From: Candidatus Cloacimonadales bacterium
GTDB lineage: Bacteria; Cloacimonadota; Cloacimonadia; Cloacimonadales; JAFGVF01
DNA: 64,000 bases
Assembly (NCBI GenBank): GCA_963662585.1
Contig: OY759729.1
Location: 256,001 to 320,000, forward strand
Direction of reading: 5' to 3'
Every line of letters starts with the position of its first letter. Positions within the stretch are counted from its first letter, which is position 1. The notes beneath the pieces are model-generated. The model saw only the letters and a list, made by a program, of their open reading frames with translations, was not told the DNA's origin and made no database searches. This document shows positions 9,558 through 20,474 of this stretch, one piece after another. Both the position numbers and the translations under genes were made by a program.

Positions 9558-10640
9558 ATGTTATCATTATTACCTAAAATTGTTGGATATAAATTATTTA
9601 AATCTATAGGAATTCCTCATCTAATGCCGATGAACTACACAGTTAGCTTACTCTATGAATGCAACTCTCGCTGTTCAACTTGTAATATATGGAAGAAGAA
9701 GAGTAAATCTTTAACAGTAGATGAGTACCGAAAGATATTCAAGAAAATCGGACATTCCCCCTATTGGATAACCTATAGTGGTGGTGAGCCATTCTTAAGA
9801 AAAGATATAGTTGAAATAGTTAATGCAATTTATGATGTATCAAAACCGAAGATTATCAATATTCCCTCAAATGGGATTTTAACTAGTAAAATAATTGAAA
9901 ATGTGAGTGCTATAGCTTCTCATTGCAAGAAAAGTCAACTGGTAATAAATTTATCTATCGATGGTATAGGTAAAGAGCATGACAAGATTAGAAATGTTTC
10001 TGGCAACTACGAAAAAGTTATAAAAACATATAAAGAACTAAAGAAACTTAAACTTAAGAATCTATCTGTTGGAATTCATACAGTTATATCTAATTTCAAT
10101 GTTGGCAACTTTAGTAATATTGCTCGAGAGTTAATGGATCTTAATCCTGATTCATATATTACAGAAATTGCCGAAGAAAGAGTTGAGTTAGATACCATGA
10201 ACTCCAACATTACTCCTAATATGATAAAATACAGGTCAGCAATTGACTATTTAATTCATAAAATTAAGAATACAGAATATACTGGATTTCAGAAAATTAC
10301 CATGGCCTTTAGAATTGAGTATTATGATTTAGTAAAAAAGATTTTGCGCGATGAAACCCAGATTATTCCTTGTTATTCAGGGATAGCTTCATGTCAAATT
10401 TCTCCTGATGGCGATGTATGGTCTTGTTGTATTAAGGCTAAATCCCTAGGCAATCTTGTAGATAATAATTATAATTTCAGAAAGATATGGAACTCCCCTG
10501 AAATGGCACTTGAAAGATTATCTATTCATAAAAAAGAGTGTCATTGTCCTCTAGCAAATGCTGCTTATACCAATATGCTAATGGATATTCCTACTTTAAA
10601 AAGAGTATTTTACAGATCCTTCATCAAATGGTGGAGATAG
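9558..10640 (+). CDS. Radical SAM protein with SPASM/twitch-like C-terminal domain
   Basis: CNSRCSTC (CxxxCxxC), SGGEPF, SIDG; C-terminal CYSG...PDGDVWSCC...CHC. Confidence 0.9.
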   Translation: MLSLLPKIVGYKLFKSIGIPHLMPMNYTVSLLYECNSRCSTCNIWKKKSKSLTVDEYRKIFKKIGHSPYWITYSGGEPFLRKDIVEIVNAIYDVSKPKIINIPSNGILTSKIIENVSAIASHCKKSQLVINLSIDGIGKEHDKIRNVSGNYEKVIKTYKELKKLKLKNLSVGIHTVISNFNVGNFSNIARELMDLNPDSYITEIAEERVELDTMNSNITPNMIKYRSAIDYLIHKIKNTEYTGFQKITMAFRIEYYDLVKKILRDETQIIPCYSGIASCQISPDGDVWSCCIKAKSLGNLVDNNYNFRKIWNSPEMALERLSIHKKECHCPLANAAYTNMLMDIPTLKRVFYRSFIKWWR

Positions 10641-10643
10641 TCC

Positions 10644-11279
10644 TTGATTAAAGAAATTGCGATTTCAAAATCATTCAGTAATAAAATAGTTTTTACTGAT
10701 TATTATCCAACGAGAAACACTTTCTATACATTATTTCTTCACTATTATGAAGATACTCCTATTGTTTATGATACCTTAGGTGAAATAATGGAACTAGTCT
10801 TGAATTTCTTGAAAGAAAATATTGAATTCGATAAAAATAAATATCAGAATTTTATGAATGATCTAAATTGGATTGCTGCAGGAAAGCTGAAAACACTTCC
10901 CCTCAATAATCAAGGTATTTCTCTGGGATTATTTTTAATCGAAGATAACCAAATAAGCGTATTCCGTTATGGAAGAATCTTACTTGGCAAAATAAAGGGA
11001 GATAAATTAGACTATATTGGTCCTGAATGGGATAATTTTAGTGTAAAATCCCTAGAAAGACTTTCTTTATTAGGTCTTATATCTGAAGATAAATATCCTG
11101 AGTTTTACCAGATTGAACTTCAAAATAGAGAGAAACTAGTTATACTAGAAAGTGATGCTAAAGAAGAATTTATAGATTCTTTTAAAAAGGGACTTACCTT
11201 CTGCCCACAGAAAAACATTTATCAGATATTGGAATGTCATAGAAAAGAGAATAGAAAGAGACTTCTGGGGATTATTTAA
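10644..11279 (+). CDS. Hypothetical protein, possibly degenerate PP2C/SpoIIE-like fold
   Basis: 211-aa ORF in operon context; loose resemblance to the PP2C strand pattern. Confidence 0.5.
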   Translation: MIKEIAISKSFSNKIVFTDYYPTRNTFYTLFLHYYEDTPIVYDTLGEIMELVLNFLKENIEFDKNKYQNFMNDLNWIAAGKLKTLPLNNQGISLGLFLIEDNQISVFRYGRILLGKIKGDKLDYIGPEWDNFSVKSLERLSLLGLISEDKYPEFYQIELQNREKLVILESDAKEEFIDSFKKGLTFCPQKNIYQILECHRKENRKRLLGII

Positions 11280-11547
11280 AAGATTATTCATTCAACTTTT
11301 TTCCAAAATAATCAGATATTTTTCAAACAATTTTCTTAATGCTAAATACTTTTTTTTTAATATTTTAATACAAGTTTATGTACTCATATCAATGCTTTAG
11401 CAAGCTTTGATGTTCTTAAATAAAAATAAAATAAAATTATTTTAATAAATTACTGGACAATCTAACAGTGAGTAAAGAAATGGTTCTAAATCTTATGAGA
11501 GTGTTAGTTAAATACTAAAATATATATCAAATATAGGAGCTTTGTCT

Positions 11548-12981
11548 ATGGTTTCACATGAAAACGAAAATTATGCAAAATTATTAGAGGAATCCTTCAA
11601 TAATACTACTGACCCAAAAATGGGTGATGTAGTTGAAGGCGAGATTATTAATATCACAGATACATCTATCTTTATTAACATGAATGGCAAATATGATGCT
11701 TATGCTGAAATTGCTGATTATAAAGATAAAAGTGGCAAGTTAAAATACCAAGTTGGCGATTTATTAAGAGGCTTTATTGTTGAATTCAACAATGATGGAA
11801 TTAAAGTTTCAAAAAGCTTAAGAAAACAATTCGCTGATAAAACTCAAATCAGAGCAGCTTTTGAAGAAAAAATACCAGTTGAAGGTAAAGTATTTAAAGT
11901 TGTTAATGGTGGTTACAGTGTTGATGTCCTTGGTGTTAGAGCTTTTTGCCCTAAATCTCAAATGGATATTATGTTAGAAGAAGATTCTCACTATCTTAAC
12001 AACAACTTCACATTCTTAGTTACAGAATATGAAGATAACGGTCGTAACATTATTGTTTCCAGAAAAAGACTCCTACAAGACGAAGCTAAAGCTATGAAAG
12101 AAGAGGCTCTAACCACTCTAGAAGCTGGAAAAGTTGTTACCGGTATCATCAGAAGATTAACTGATTTTGGTGCATTTGTTGACCTTGGTGGAATCGAAGG
12201 TCTTCTTCATGTATCTGAGATTGCATGGGCTCACATTAACAAACCATCTGATGTTTTAACTGTTGGTTCTGAAATAGAAGTTAAAATTCTCGCTATCAAT
12301 GGAGAAAAAATTTCTCTATCAATGAAAGCTTTACAAGAGAATCCTTTAAATATCGCGATGAATGAATTAGAAACAGGTATCATTGTTGAGTGTAAAGTTC
12401 TTAGACTTCACAACTTCGGTGCTTTTGTTGAAATCATTCCTGGAGTTGAAGGCCTTATCCCAATTTCAGAAATGGCTTGGGGAAAAAATATCCGTCACCC
12501 TAAAGAAGTTTTAAGAGAAGGCGATGTTGTTTCAGCTCAAATCTTTAAATTAGATCAAGTTGAAAAGAAAATCAACCTTTCATTAAAAGCTTTAATTGAA
12601 AACCCATGGGATAACATTGATGACAAAGTTAAACTTGGTGAATTAATCAACGGTACTGTTGAAAATAACACTAACTTTGGTGCTTTTGTTACTATCACAG
12701 ACGGTATTACTGGTCTCTTACCTCGTTCAAGAATGCCTATGGACATGACTTTAAATTCTGGTGATGAGATTGAACTTAGAGTAACTTCTATTGATAAAGA
12801 TTCTAAAAGAATATCTTTAGAATTAAAAGATCAACCTGCTCCTGAATCTTTACCTAAACAAGAAGATAGAAGACCTAGCTTTAAAGGTAAACCAAGACAA
12901 GGTGGAAGACAAGCAGAATGGAAAAAATGGGCTTCTGATAAACCTGAAGTTCCAGAAGATAACCCATTCAATCAATTATAA
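11548..12981 (+). CDS. rpsA: 30S ribosomal protein S1 / multi-S1-domain RNA-binding protein
   Basis: Repeated S1 motifs (FGAFVDLGGIEGLLHVSEI etc.); ATG at 11548 about 8 nt after GGAG. Confidence 0.88.
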   Translation: MVSHENENYAKLLEESFNNTTDPKMGDVVEGEIINITDTSIFINMNGKYDAYAEIADYKDKSGKLKYQVGDLLRGFIVEFNNDGIKVSKSLRKQFADKTQIRAAFEEKIPVEGKVFKVVNGGYSVDVLGVRAFCPKSQMDIMLEEDSHYLNNNFTFLVTEYEDNGRNIIVSRKRLLQDEAKAMKEEALTTLEAGKVVTGIIRRLTDFGAFVDLGGIEGLLHVSEIAWAHINKPSDVLTVGSEIEVKILAINGEKISLSMKALQENPLNIAMNELETGIIVECKVLRLHNFGAFVEIIPGVEGLIPISEMAWGKNIRHPKEVLREGDVVSAQIFKLDQVEKKINLSLKALIENPWDNIDDKVKLGELINGTVENNTNFGAFVTITDGITGLLPRSRMPMDMTLNSGDEIELRVTSIDKDSKRISLELKDQPAPESLPKQEDRRPSFKGKPRQGGRQAEWKKWASDKPEVPEDNPFNQL

Positions 12982-13011
12982 TTGACAAAAAATCAAGTAA
13001 TATAAATATGG

Positions 13012-13038
13012 AAAGCGGGTTAAATACCCGCTTTTTTT
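13012..13038 (+). terminator. Intrinsic terminator after rpsA
   Basis: AAAGCGGGT-taaat-ACCCGCTTTTTTT. Confidence 0.8.
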
Positions 13039-13060
13039 AATATAAAAAATTTAAAATAAT

Positions 13061-14566
13061 GTGGAGGTAGTTGTGGATAATACGACACAAATCCTTAAAT
13101 TAAGAAGAGAAAAATTACAGAAGATTATAGATAAAGGCATCAATCCTTACCCAGTAAAATCTCAAAGAACTCACAAAATTATTGAACTCTGGGAAAATAG
13201 AGAAGCATTTATTGAAGATAATACAGAAGTTATCATTGTTGGGCGCTTAATAGCAATGCGTCGCCAAGGAAAGATTGGTTTTGGTAATTTATCTGATATC
13301 AGTGGAAAGATTCAAATATTCGTCAAGAAAGATGAACTTGGTGAAGAGAATTATGAACTTTTTAAACTATGTGACATGGGTGATTTTGTCCAAGTTACAG
13401 GAACTTGTTTCATAACTCAAACTGGTGAATTTTCTGTTAAAGCTTCAAATATTACTCTTTTGACAAAAAACCTTAGACCTACTCCTACTGTTAAAGAAAA
13501 AGAAGTTGATGGTCAAGTAGTCAGATATGATGAATTCGCTGATATTGAACTTCGTTATAGAAAAAGATATTTAGATCTTTTACTCAATCCTGATAGAAAA
13601 GAGACTTTTATTCAACGCTCTAAAATTATACAAACTATCAGAGACTATCTTAACTCTTTAGATTTTATTGAAGTTGAAACACCAATTCTTCAACCTCTTT
13701 ATGGTGGAGCTAATGCTCGTCCTTTCGTAACTCACCATAATACTTTAGATATGGATTTATATCTTAGAATCGCTACTGAATTATATCTTAAGAGATTAAT
13801 TATTGGTGGCTTTGAAAGAGTCTATGAAATTGGTAAGAACTTCCGTAATGAAGGAATGGATAGAACTCATAATCCAGAATTCACTGCAATTGAGCTTTAT
13901 CAAGCTTATTCTGATTTAGAAGGAATGATGGATATTACAGAAGGAATTATTCAAACCATTGCTAAGAATGTTTTCGATAAATCAGTATTCACTTTCAATA
14001 ATAAAGAAATTAATGTTGGTGCTTCTTTTAAAAGAGCTTCTATGGCTGACTTAGTTCAAGAATATTCAGGATTCTCAGCTCATGACTTAGATTATGATAA
14101 AATTGCTGCTTTTATGAAAGAGAATAAATTAGCTATCCCTGCGAATGTTGGACCGGGTAAATTGTTAGAAGAGTTGTTTGAACATTTTGTTGAACCAAAA
14201 TTAATTCAACCAACATTCGTAACAGACTTCCCAACTGAGGTTTCACCTTTAGCTAAAATGAGAGCAGATAATCCTAAGTTTGTAGAACGCTTTGAATTAT
14301 TTATCTGTGGTAATGAGTATGGTAATGCTTTCTCAGAGTTAAATGATCCTCTTGATCAGCGACAAAGATTAGAAGAACAAGCAAAGCTACGCGAGATGGG
14401 TGATGATGAAGCTAATGTTGTTGATGAAGACTTCTTAGAAGCATTAGAGTATGGAATGCCTCCAATGGGTGGCTTAGGTATCGGAATTGATAGATTAATT
14501 ATGTTGCTAACTAACAACACTTCAATTAAGGAAGTAATTCTATTCCCAACTATGAAACCTGAATAG
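13061..14566 (+). CDS. lysS: Lysine--tRNA ligase (class II)
   Basis: GGANARPF, LYLKRL, FRNEG..THNPEF, YGMPP.GG.GIGIDRL, LFPTMK. Confidence 0.97.
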   Translation: MEVVVDNTTQILKLRREKLQKIIDKGINPYPVKSQRTHKIIELWENREAFIEDNTEVIIVGRLIAMRRQGKIGFGNLSDISGKIQIFVKKDELGEENYELFKLCDMGDFVQVTGTCFITQTGEFSVKASNITLLTKNLRPTPTVKEKEVDGQVVRYDEFADIELRYRKRYLDLLLNPDRKETFIQRSKIIQTIRDYLNSLDFIEVETPILQPLYGGANARPFVTHHNTLDMDLYLRIATELYLKRLIIGGFERVYEIGKNFRNEGMDRTHNPEFTAIELYQAYSDLEGMMDITEGIIQTIAKNVFDKSVFTFNNKEINVGASFKRASMADLVQEYSGFSAHDLDYDKIAAFMKENKLAIPANVGPGKLLEELFEHFVEPKLIQPTFVTDFPTEVSPLAKMRADNPKFVERFELFICGNEYGNAFSELNDPLDQRQRLEEQAKLREMGDDEANVVDEDFLEALEYGMPPMGGLGIGIDRLIMLLTNNTSIKEVILFPTMKPE

Positions 14567-14572
14567 ATAATA

Positions 14573-15814
14573 ATGAATAAATGTACTTTTATAAGTAAAA
14601 GATATATAAAAGGTAAAAAATCATGCTTAGCCGGTTCTCACTGGCTAAGCCTTATTGGTATTATAATCGGGGTTTCTGCCCTACTAATCATTCTTACGGT
14701 TATGAATGGAATGAGAGATGTTATTAATGAAAGAATCCTCTCATCAACCCCTGAGTTAGAGCTTACCTTAAATGATTCTGATAATTTTCAAGAAATAACA
14801 TCAACTTTAGAATCTTTCGATTTCATTAAATACATAAATCCAGTTAATGAAGAAGATTTAGTTATTTTACATAAAAATGAGACCATTCTTACTAAGTTTA
14901 TCGGAATTGATTTAGAGAACTTTCAATCAAATAATGATATTCTGAACAAAATTGCTTACTCAAACATTATACAAAAAGAAGCAGGTCTAATCTCAGGTAA
15001 TAATAACCTAAACTTTTTTCAAAATCAAGGGATTTTTATTGGCTTCGAGTTAAGTAAAAGATACGGACTTACTGTTGGAGATAAGATTACAGTTCTCTCT
15101 CTGAATAAAGTAGATTTTAGCTCTTTTGGCCAATTACCTCTAACTTCTACTTTTCTTATTCAAGGAATCTATACAAACTTAATTCCCGAACTTGAAGCAA
15201 GCATTGTCTATGTAGCTGATAAGAATCTACAGAAATTCTCAAAAACAAAACAATTATATAATAAGATAGAAATATTTAGCAATGACTTTACTAAAGCCAA
15301 TATCTATAAGAAAGAGATTCAAGCAAAATTAAAAGGAAATCTTGTTAGCTCTTGGAGTGATAAAAACAATAATCTTTATAATGCCCAAAAATTAGAAAAA
15401 ACAGTAATGTCATTAGTTCTTGGTTTGATAATTATTCTCTCATCTTTCAATCTTACAGGTAGTTTTCTAAAAAAGGTATCTAACAAGAAAAAAGAAATAG
15501 GAATTCTCTCAACAATTGGTTATTCCAAGAAAGATATCATGAATATTTTCCTTGATCAAGGACTTCTCCTAGGTTTTATAGGAGTCTTTATCGGCAATGC
15601 TTTAGCAATTATTTTGTTACAAATTCAGATTCACTTTAATGTTATTGCCATTCCTGAGAATATATCCTACATCTTCCCCACCTTGCCCATCTCAATCCAA
15701 TATTCAGATTTTATTTATGTCTCTCTCTTTTCCTTTACTTTCTCAGTTTTAAGCTCTCTATTTCCAATTTACAGAATTAAAAAACTGAATCCAATTGAAT
15801 TAATCAAAGAGTAG
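14573..15814 (+). CDS. ABC transporter permease, LolC/E family
   Basis: TM1 followed by VMNG, large periplasmic domain, KKKEIGIL, FtsX-type C-terminal TMs. Confidence 0.82.
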   Translation: MNKCTFISKRYIKGKKSCLAGSHWLSLIGIIIGVSALLIILTVMNGMRDVINERILSSTPELELTLNDSDNFQEITSTLESFDFIKYINPVNEEDLVILHKNETILTKFIGIDLENFQSNNDILNKIAYSNIIQKEAGLISGNNNLNFFQNQGIFIGFELSKRYGLTVGDKITVLSLNKVDFSSFGQLPLTSTFLIQGIYTNLIPELEASIVYVADKNLQKFSKTKQLYNKIEIFSNDFTKANIYKKEIQAKLKGNLVSSWSDKNNNLYNAQKLEKTVMSLVLGLIIILSSFNLTGSFLKKVSNKKKEIGILSTIGYSKKDIMNIFLDQGLLLGFIGVFIGNALAIILLQIQIHFNVIAIPENISYIFPTLPISIQYSDFIYVSLFSFTFSVLSSLFPIYRIKKLNPIELIKE

Positions 15815-15939
15815 AATTAGACTTCCATGAACATATCATTAATGGTTAATATAATAAGCTTTTATTGCATTTTCTTTATTGCTAATTTTGTCTCTCAACA
15901 TACTTGACATTTTTTTAATACTTAATAAAATTACACTCA

Positions 15940-18408
15940 ATGAAATATTATAAACAAAGAACAATAAAAAAAATAATCATAATATCTTTAATTCTCTGGA
16001 TTTCTCTTTTCTTGCATAGTCAAGAAAGTCCAGATACTTTAGCAGAAAGTAATAGTGATAACATTATTCAATCTACTGCTATAGATACTATTAGTACGGC
16101 TATAGATAGCCTCAAAAGTGATGAGAAATATGAAGAATACACTCAATCTGATTCCTTACAGTATTCAGGTAAAAGATCTTCTTTCAATCTTACAGAAGAG
16201 ACCATCTCTCTTGCTGGTAATGCTAAAATTTCTTATCAAGATATCTTCATTGAGGCAGATTCACTACATTTAAATCTAGATAATAAGAATGCCTTTTCAT
16301 CTGGCGATGCTATGATTAAGCAGGCTGGACAAGTTTTTTTAAGCAAAGATATCAGAATGGATGTAGATTCTAAAAGAGGTATTTTAGAAAATGCTGCAGG
16401 ATCTATGGAGCAAGGTTTTATTTATGGTTCACAAATTAGAAAAATAGATGATAAAGTCTATGATGTTGATGATGGTATTTTCACAACTTGCGATGATATC
16501 GACCCTCATTTTTATATAAAATCAAAAAAATTAAGAATATTCCTAAATGATTCAATAGCAGGACGGCCAATAGTTTATTATGTAAATCATTTCCCTGTAA
16601 TGGCTCTTCCTTTTGCTGCCTTTAGCATTGAAAGAGGTAGAAACAATGGCTTCTTAATACCCCAACCTGGTTGGAATAACAGCGAAGGAAAGTACTTAAA
16701 GAATATCGCTTATTATTATGCTTACAAAGATTACTTCGAGAACAAAGTTGCTTTTGATTTTTATGAGAAAAAAGGATGGAATTTCAGTATAACCAATCGA
16801 TATATCGTTAGATACATCTTCAATGGTGGAGTTAATTTTAATTATAGAAAAAGGGATTATAACAATAACACAGCTACAGATTGGTCATTATTAGCCAATC
16901 ATAGACATACCCTTAAGAACAACTCATCTTTTATTGCTAATATTAATTATGCAACCAGTGAAGTGATCTGGGAAAATAGTACTGATATAGATGACAGACT
17001 TACTGAATCAATCTCTTCATCAGCGACTTATTCCAAGGGTTTTGATAACTCTACAATTAATGTTTCAGGTTTTTATAGTGAGAACTTTGTTACGAATACT
17101 AAAACGATTACCTTACCAAGTCTTAGATACTCAGAATCAACAACCCCCATCTATGAGTTGATTGGCTTAAGCAATAGTGATGTGAAAGATGCCTGGTGGA
17201 AATCCCTATCTTATAATTATAATTTAACAGCTACTCACTCTGGAACTGTGAAAAATGAGGATTCATCGCTATCTGACTTACTTTGGAGTAACGAAACATA
17301 TACTGATTCATTAGGCAATGAAGAAGTCATAAATCAACATAATGCTGGTGCTCTCCACAACTTATCATTTAATTTTAGTCCAACTATTTCACCCTACTTC
17401 ACCCTTTCTCAATCAATGAACTTTAGGGAGGCCTGGTTCGATAGAACTAAGAAAGATAATGGCTTTGCTCGTGGACATTCCTACTCTTTTAATACTTCAG
17501 CATCTACTAAATTCTATGGATTAAAAAGATTCAATAATTCTACTGTAAAAGCAGTCAGACATGTTCTTAGTCCAAGAGTTAGTTTTGCTTATACTCCTGA
17601 TTTTTCTCTAAATGATGACTTTTATTCTTTCTCAGGAATAAGTTTATCAAGTGGTAAAAGAAGAAGAAGTCTTAACTTTACTTTAGGACAAATCTGGCAA
17701 ATTAAATACTATGACAGACTTACAGAATCTGAAAAGAAGTTAAATAACCTATTATCTATGAATAGTTCTTTTAGTTATGATTTAGAAAAAGAAACTCAAA
17801 AAATGTCAAGAATTAGTCATAGCTTGAAATTTAGTCCAAACGCCTATAATTCTCATAATATTCAATTTAATTATAATAATTCCATATCATTTAATCATGA
17901 TTTCTATAAGAGGACATGGGGTGATCTCAAGTTGGAGAATTGGAGATTTAATCAGTCCTTAGCTTTATCGGGCAATATGAGATACTTTAATTACTTCCCA
18001 AGGCCTCAGAATCCACTTAAAACGGGTCAGCGTTCTCTTCAAGATACTATTAAATATGCCGAACTAGATTGGGATTATTATGAATCTTCTTCAGAGAAAA
18101 AAAACTGGTCACTCACTTTTACTCATGCTTTATCATTTAAAAAGGATTATATGGATCCTCAATCAAATAGTCTAAATATTGCCCTAGATATGCATCTAAC
18201 ATCAAATTGGCATTTAGGTTATTCTAATAGAATTAATGTTTTAACAGATAAAATACTTTCTCAGAATCTATCCTTAAGACGAGATTTACATTGCTGGAAT
18301 CTAACCTTTGATTATAGTAGATCTAATGAATTCTGGGAATATAAAGTTGTTTTAACCAACAACAAACTTAGTGATATTCTTAAATTCCCATTTGAATCGA
18401 GAAGATAA
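15940..18408 (+). CDS. lptD: LPS-assembly protein LptD-like
   Basis: OstA-like N-terminus, FTTCD..PHF, GFLIP, C-terminal RDLHCW. Confidence 0.8.
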   Translation: MKYYKQRTIKKIIIISLILWISLFLHSQESPDTLAESNSDNIIQSTAIDTISTAIDSLKSDEKYEEYTQSDSLQYSGKRSSFNLTEETISLAGNAKISYQDIFIEADSLHLNLDNKNAFSSGDAMIKQAGQVFLSKDIRMDVDSKRGILENAAGSMEQGFIYGSQIRKIDDKVYDVDDGIFTTCDDIDPHFYIKSKKLRIFLNDSIAGRPIVYYVNHFPVMALPFAAFSIERGRNNGFLIPQPGWNNSEGKYLKNIAYYYAYKDYFENKVAFDFYEKKGWNFSITNRYIVRYIFNGGVNFNYRKRDYNNNTATDWSLLANHRHTLKNNSSFIANINYATSEVIWENSTDIDDRLTESISSSATYSKGFDNSTINVSGFYSENFVTNTKTITLPSLRYSESTTPIYELIGLSNSDVKDAWWKSLSYNYNLTATHSGTVKNEDSSLSDLLWSNETYTDSLGNEEVINQHNAGALHNLSFNFSPTISPYFTLSQSMNFREAWFDRTKKDNGFARGHSYSFNTSASTKFYGLKRFNNSTVKAVRHVLSPRVSFAYTPDFSLNDDFYSFSGISLSSGKRRRSLNFTLGQIWQIKYYDRLTESEKKLNNLLSMNSSFSYDLEKETQKMSRISHSLKFSPNAYNSHNIQFNYNNSISFNHDFYKRTWGDLKLENWRFNQSLALSGNMRYFNYFPRPQNPLKTGQRSLQDTIKYAELDWDYYESSSEKKNWSLTFTHALSFKKDYMDPQSNSLNIALDMHLTSNWHLGYSNRINVLTDKILSQNLSLRRDLHCWNLTFDYSRSNEFWEYKVVLTNNKLSDILKFPFESRR

Positions 18409-18980
18409 TGGATAAGGTTATATTCTTAGACCGTGATGGTACAATTAATATCGACGATAAAGGATATATTAGCAATCCTAATGACATGACTCTCTTTGCC
18501 AACACAGCAAAAGCAATTCGCTTATTTAATGAATTGAACTATAAAGTAGTAATCGTGACAAATCAATCAGGTATTGCTAGAGGGTATTTTACCTTAAGTG
18601 ATGTGACAAAGATACATGATAAGATGATTACTGAACTTACTAAAGAGAATGCTATTATCGATGATATTCTAATTTCACCTTACCACCCTAAAGGGGTAGT
18701 TGAACCATATAATATAGCACATGAGGATAGAAAACCTGGCATAGGTTTGTTAAAAAAGTATAATGCAATTAATAATATTAAAACTTCAAAATCCTTTGTA
18801 ATCGGTGATAAAGCATCGGATATTGAATTGGGAAAGAACTTTCACCTAAATACAATATTAGTTCTTACTGGTGAAGGTGAAAGAACATTCCTAAACAGAA
18901 ACAATTTATCCCTTCAACCTGACTTTGTGGTTAAGGATTTATGGGAAGCAGCAAAAATAATAAAAATCTTAGATAAATAA
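18408..18980 (+). CDS. gmhB: D,D-heptose 1,7-bisphosphate phosphatase (HAD IIIA)
   Basis: FLDRDGTIN, VTNQSGIARG, RKPG, IGDK.SD. Confidence 0.88.
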   Translation: MDKVIFLDRDGTINIDDKGYISNPNDMTLFANTAKAIRLFNELNYKVVIVTNQSGIARGYFTLSDVTKIHDKMITELTKENAIIDDILISPYHPKGVVEPYNIAHEDRKPGIGLLKKYNAINNIKTSKSFVIGDKASDIELGKNFHLNTILVLTGEGERTFLNRNNLSLQPDFVVKDLWEAAKIIKILDK

Positions 18981-18996
18981 AAAAGGAGACTACAAG

Positions 18997-20472
18997 ATGA
19001 AGAGAATTATTTTTTTTCTCTTGATTGTTAGTGTTATTTCACTCTCAGGTATTGAGTTTGAGAACATAGGTAAACAAATCAAAGAGATTAATCTTGAAAA
19101 TGGAGCAAAACTTCTTCTATTAGAAGATGATTCAGCCCCTATAGTTCATTGTGTAACAGTTGCTAATGTAGGCGGTGTTGACGAAGTTCCTGGTATTACA
19201 GGAATCGCTCACTTCTTAGAGCATTTAGCTTTTAAAGGAACTTCAAAAATTGGAACATCTAATTATGAAGCAGAAAAGTTAATTTTAGATAAAGAAGATG
19301 CTTTATTTTCCAAGCTTTTAGAAGCCAAAGAGAATAACAATGAAGAATTAGTTGCCCAATATCAAGCTAAATTAGCTGAGTTAGAAGTTGAAGCTTCTAA
19401 ATATGTGGTAAATAATGAATTTAGTAGAATTTATACTCAAAACGGTGGACAGAACTTCAATGCAGGTACTTCCCAAGATTTCACAATGTATCAAATCAGC
19501 TTGCCATCAAACAAACTAGAGTTATGGTTTGCGATGGAGTCAGAGAGATTTTCTGACCCTGTATTCAGAGAATTTTATAAAGAGAGACAAGTTATTTTAG
19601 ATGAAAGATTAATGAGAGAAGTTAATGATCCTCAAGGTCAAGTAATGAAAAAGATGATGAATACCGCTTTCGAAGTTCATCCTTATAAATATACCACTAT
19701 TGGTGAAAAAGAAGATATCGAAAATATCACTCGTCAAGATGTTAAAGACTTCTTTAATAGATATTATGGAGCTCAAAACTTAACTTTTATTCTTTATGGT
19801 GATTTTGATGAAAAACAAGCTGTTTCATTTGCTAACGAATATCTTTCACAAATCCCTGCTAGAGAGAAATCACTTCCTCTAGCTGTTAAAGAACCTGAGC
19901 AAACTGAAGAGAAAAGATTCACAGTTGATTACGACGCAACTCCAATGCTAATGATCTCTTACCATGTCCCTGCCGCAAGTCATCCAGATAATGAAGCTAT
20001 TGAAGCTCTCGCTGCAATTTTCGGACAAAATGCAACTTCTCCATTAATCAAAAAGTTAGTTTATGAGAAGAAATTAGCCCTTTATGCCTACTCTTTTTCC
20101 GGTCTTCCAGGTTCAAAATATGACAACCTCTTTAGCATAGTTCTCGCTCCTAACAGTGGAGTTGATGTAAATGATTGTATTGCTGAAATTGATAATATCA
20201 TTTCAGATTTCTTAGTTACTGGAATTACTAATAAAGAACTAGAATCATATAGAAAAAACTCTAAAAAGAGATATATCTCCCAATTAGATACAGGCATATA
20301 CCTTCCAATCCAAATTGGTCTTATGAATGTTATCACTGGAGATTATAGAGATTTCTTCAAGACTTTAGAGAATATTGATTCTTTAAAAAATGATGACATT
20401 GTTAATGTAGCTAAAAAGTACCTTGTTCAAAGTAATAGAACTATTGGTATTTTAGAAAAGGCAGGTGAATAA
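18997..20472 (+). CDS. M16 family zinc peptidase, catalytic subunit
   Basis: GIAHFLEH (HxxEH), NAGTSQD, ERQVILDER, HPY; signal peptide. Confidence 0.9.
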   Translation: MKRIIFFLLIVSVISLSGIEFENIGKQIKEINLENGAKLLLLEDDSAPIVHCVTVANVGGVDEVPGITGIAHFLEHLAFKGTSKIGTSNYEAEKLILDKEDALFSKLLEAKENNNEELVAQYQAKLAELEVEASKYVVNNEFSRIYTQNGGQNFNAGTSQDFTMYQISLPSNKLELWFAMESERFSDPVFREFYKERQVILDERLMREVNDPQGQVMKKMMNTAFEVHPYKYTTIGEKEDIENITRQDVKDFFNRYYGAQNLTFILYGDFDEKQAVSFANEYLSQIPAREKSLPLAVKEPEQTEEKRFTVDYDATPMLMISYHVPAASHPDNEAIEALAAIFGQNATSPLIKKLVYEKKLALYAYSFSGLPGSKYDNLFSIVLAPNSGVDVNDCIAEIDNIISDFLVTGITNKELESYRKNSKKRYISQLDTGIYLPIQIGLMNVITGDYRDFFKTLENIDSLKNDDIVNVAKKYLVQSNRTIGILEKAGE

Positions 20473-20474
20473 TT

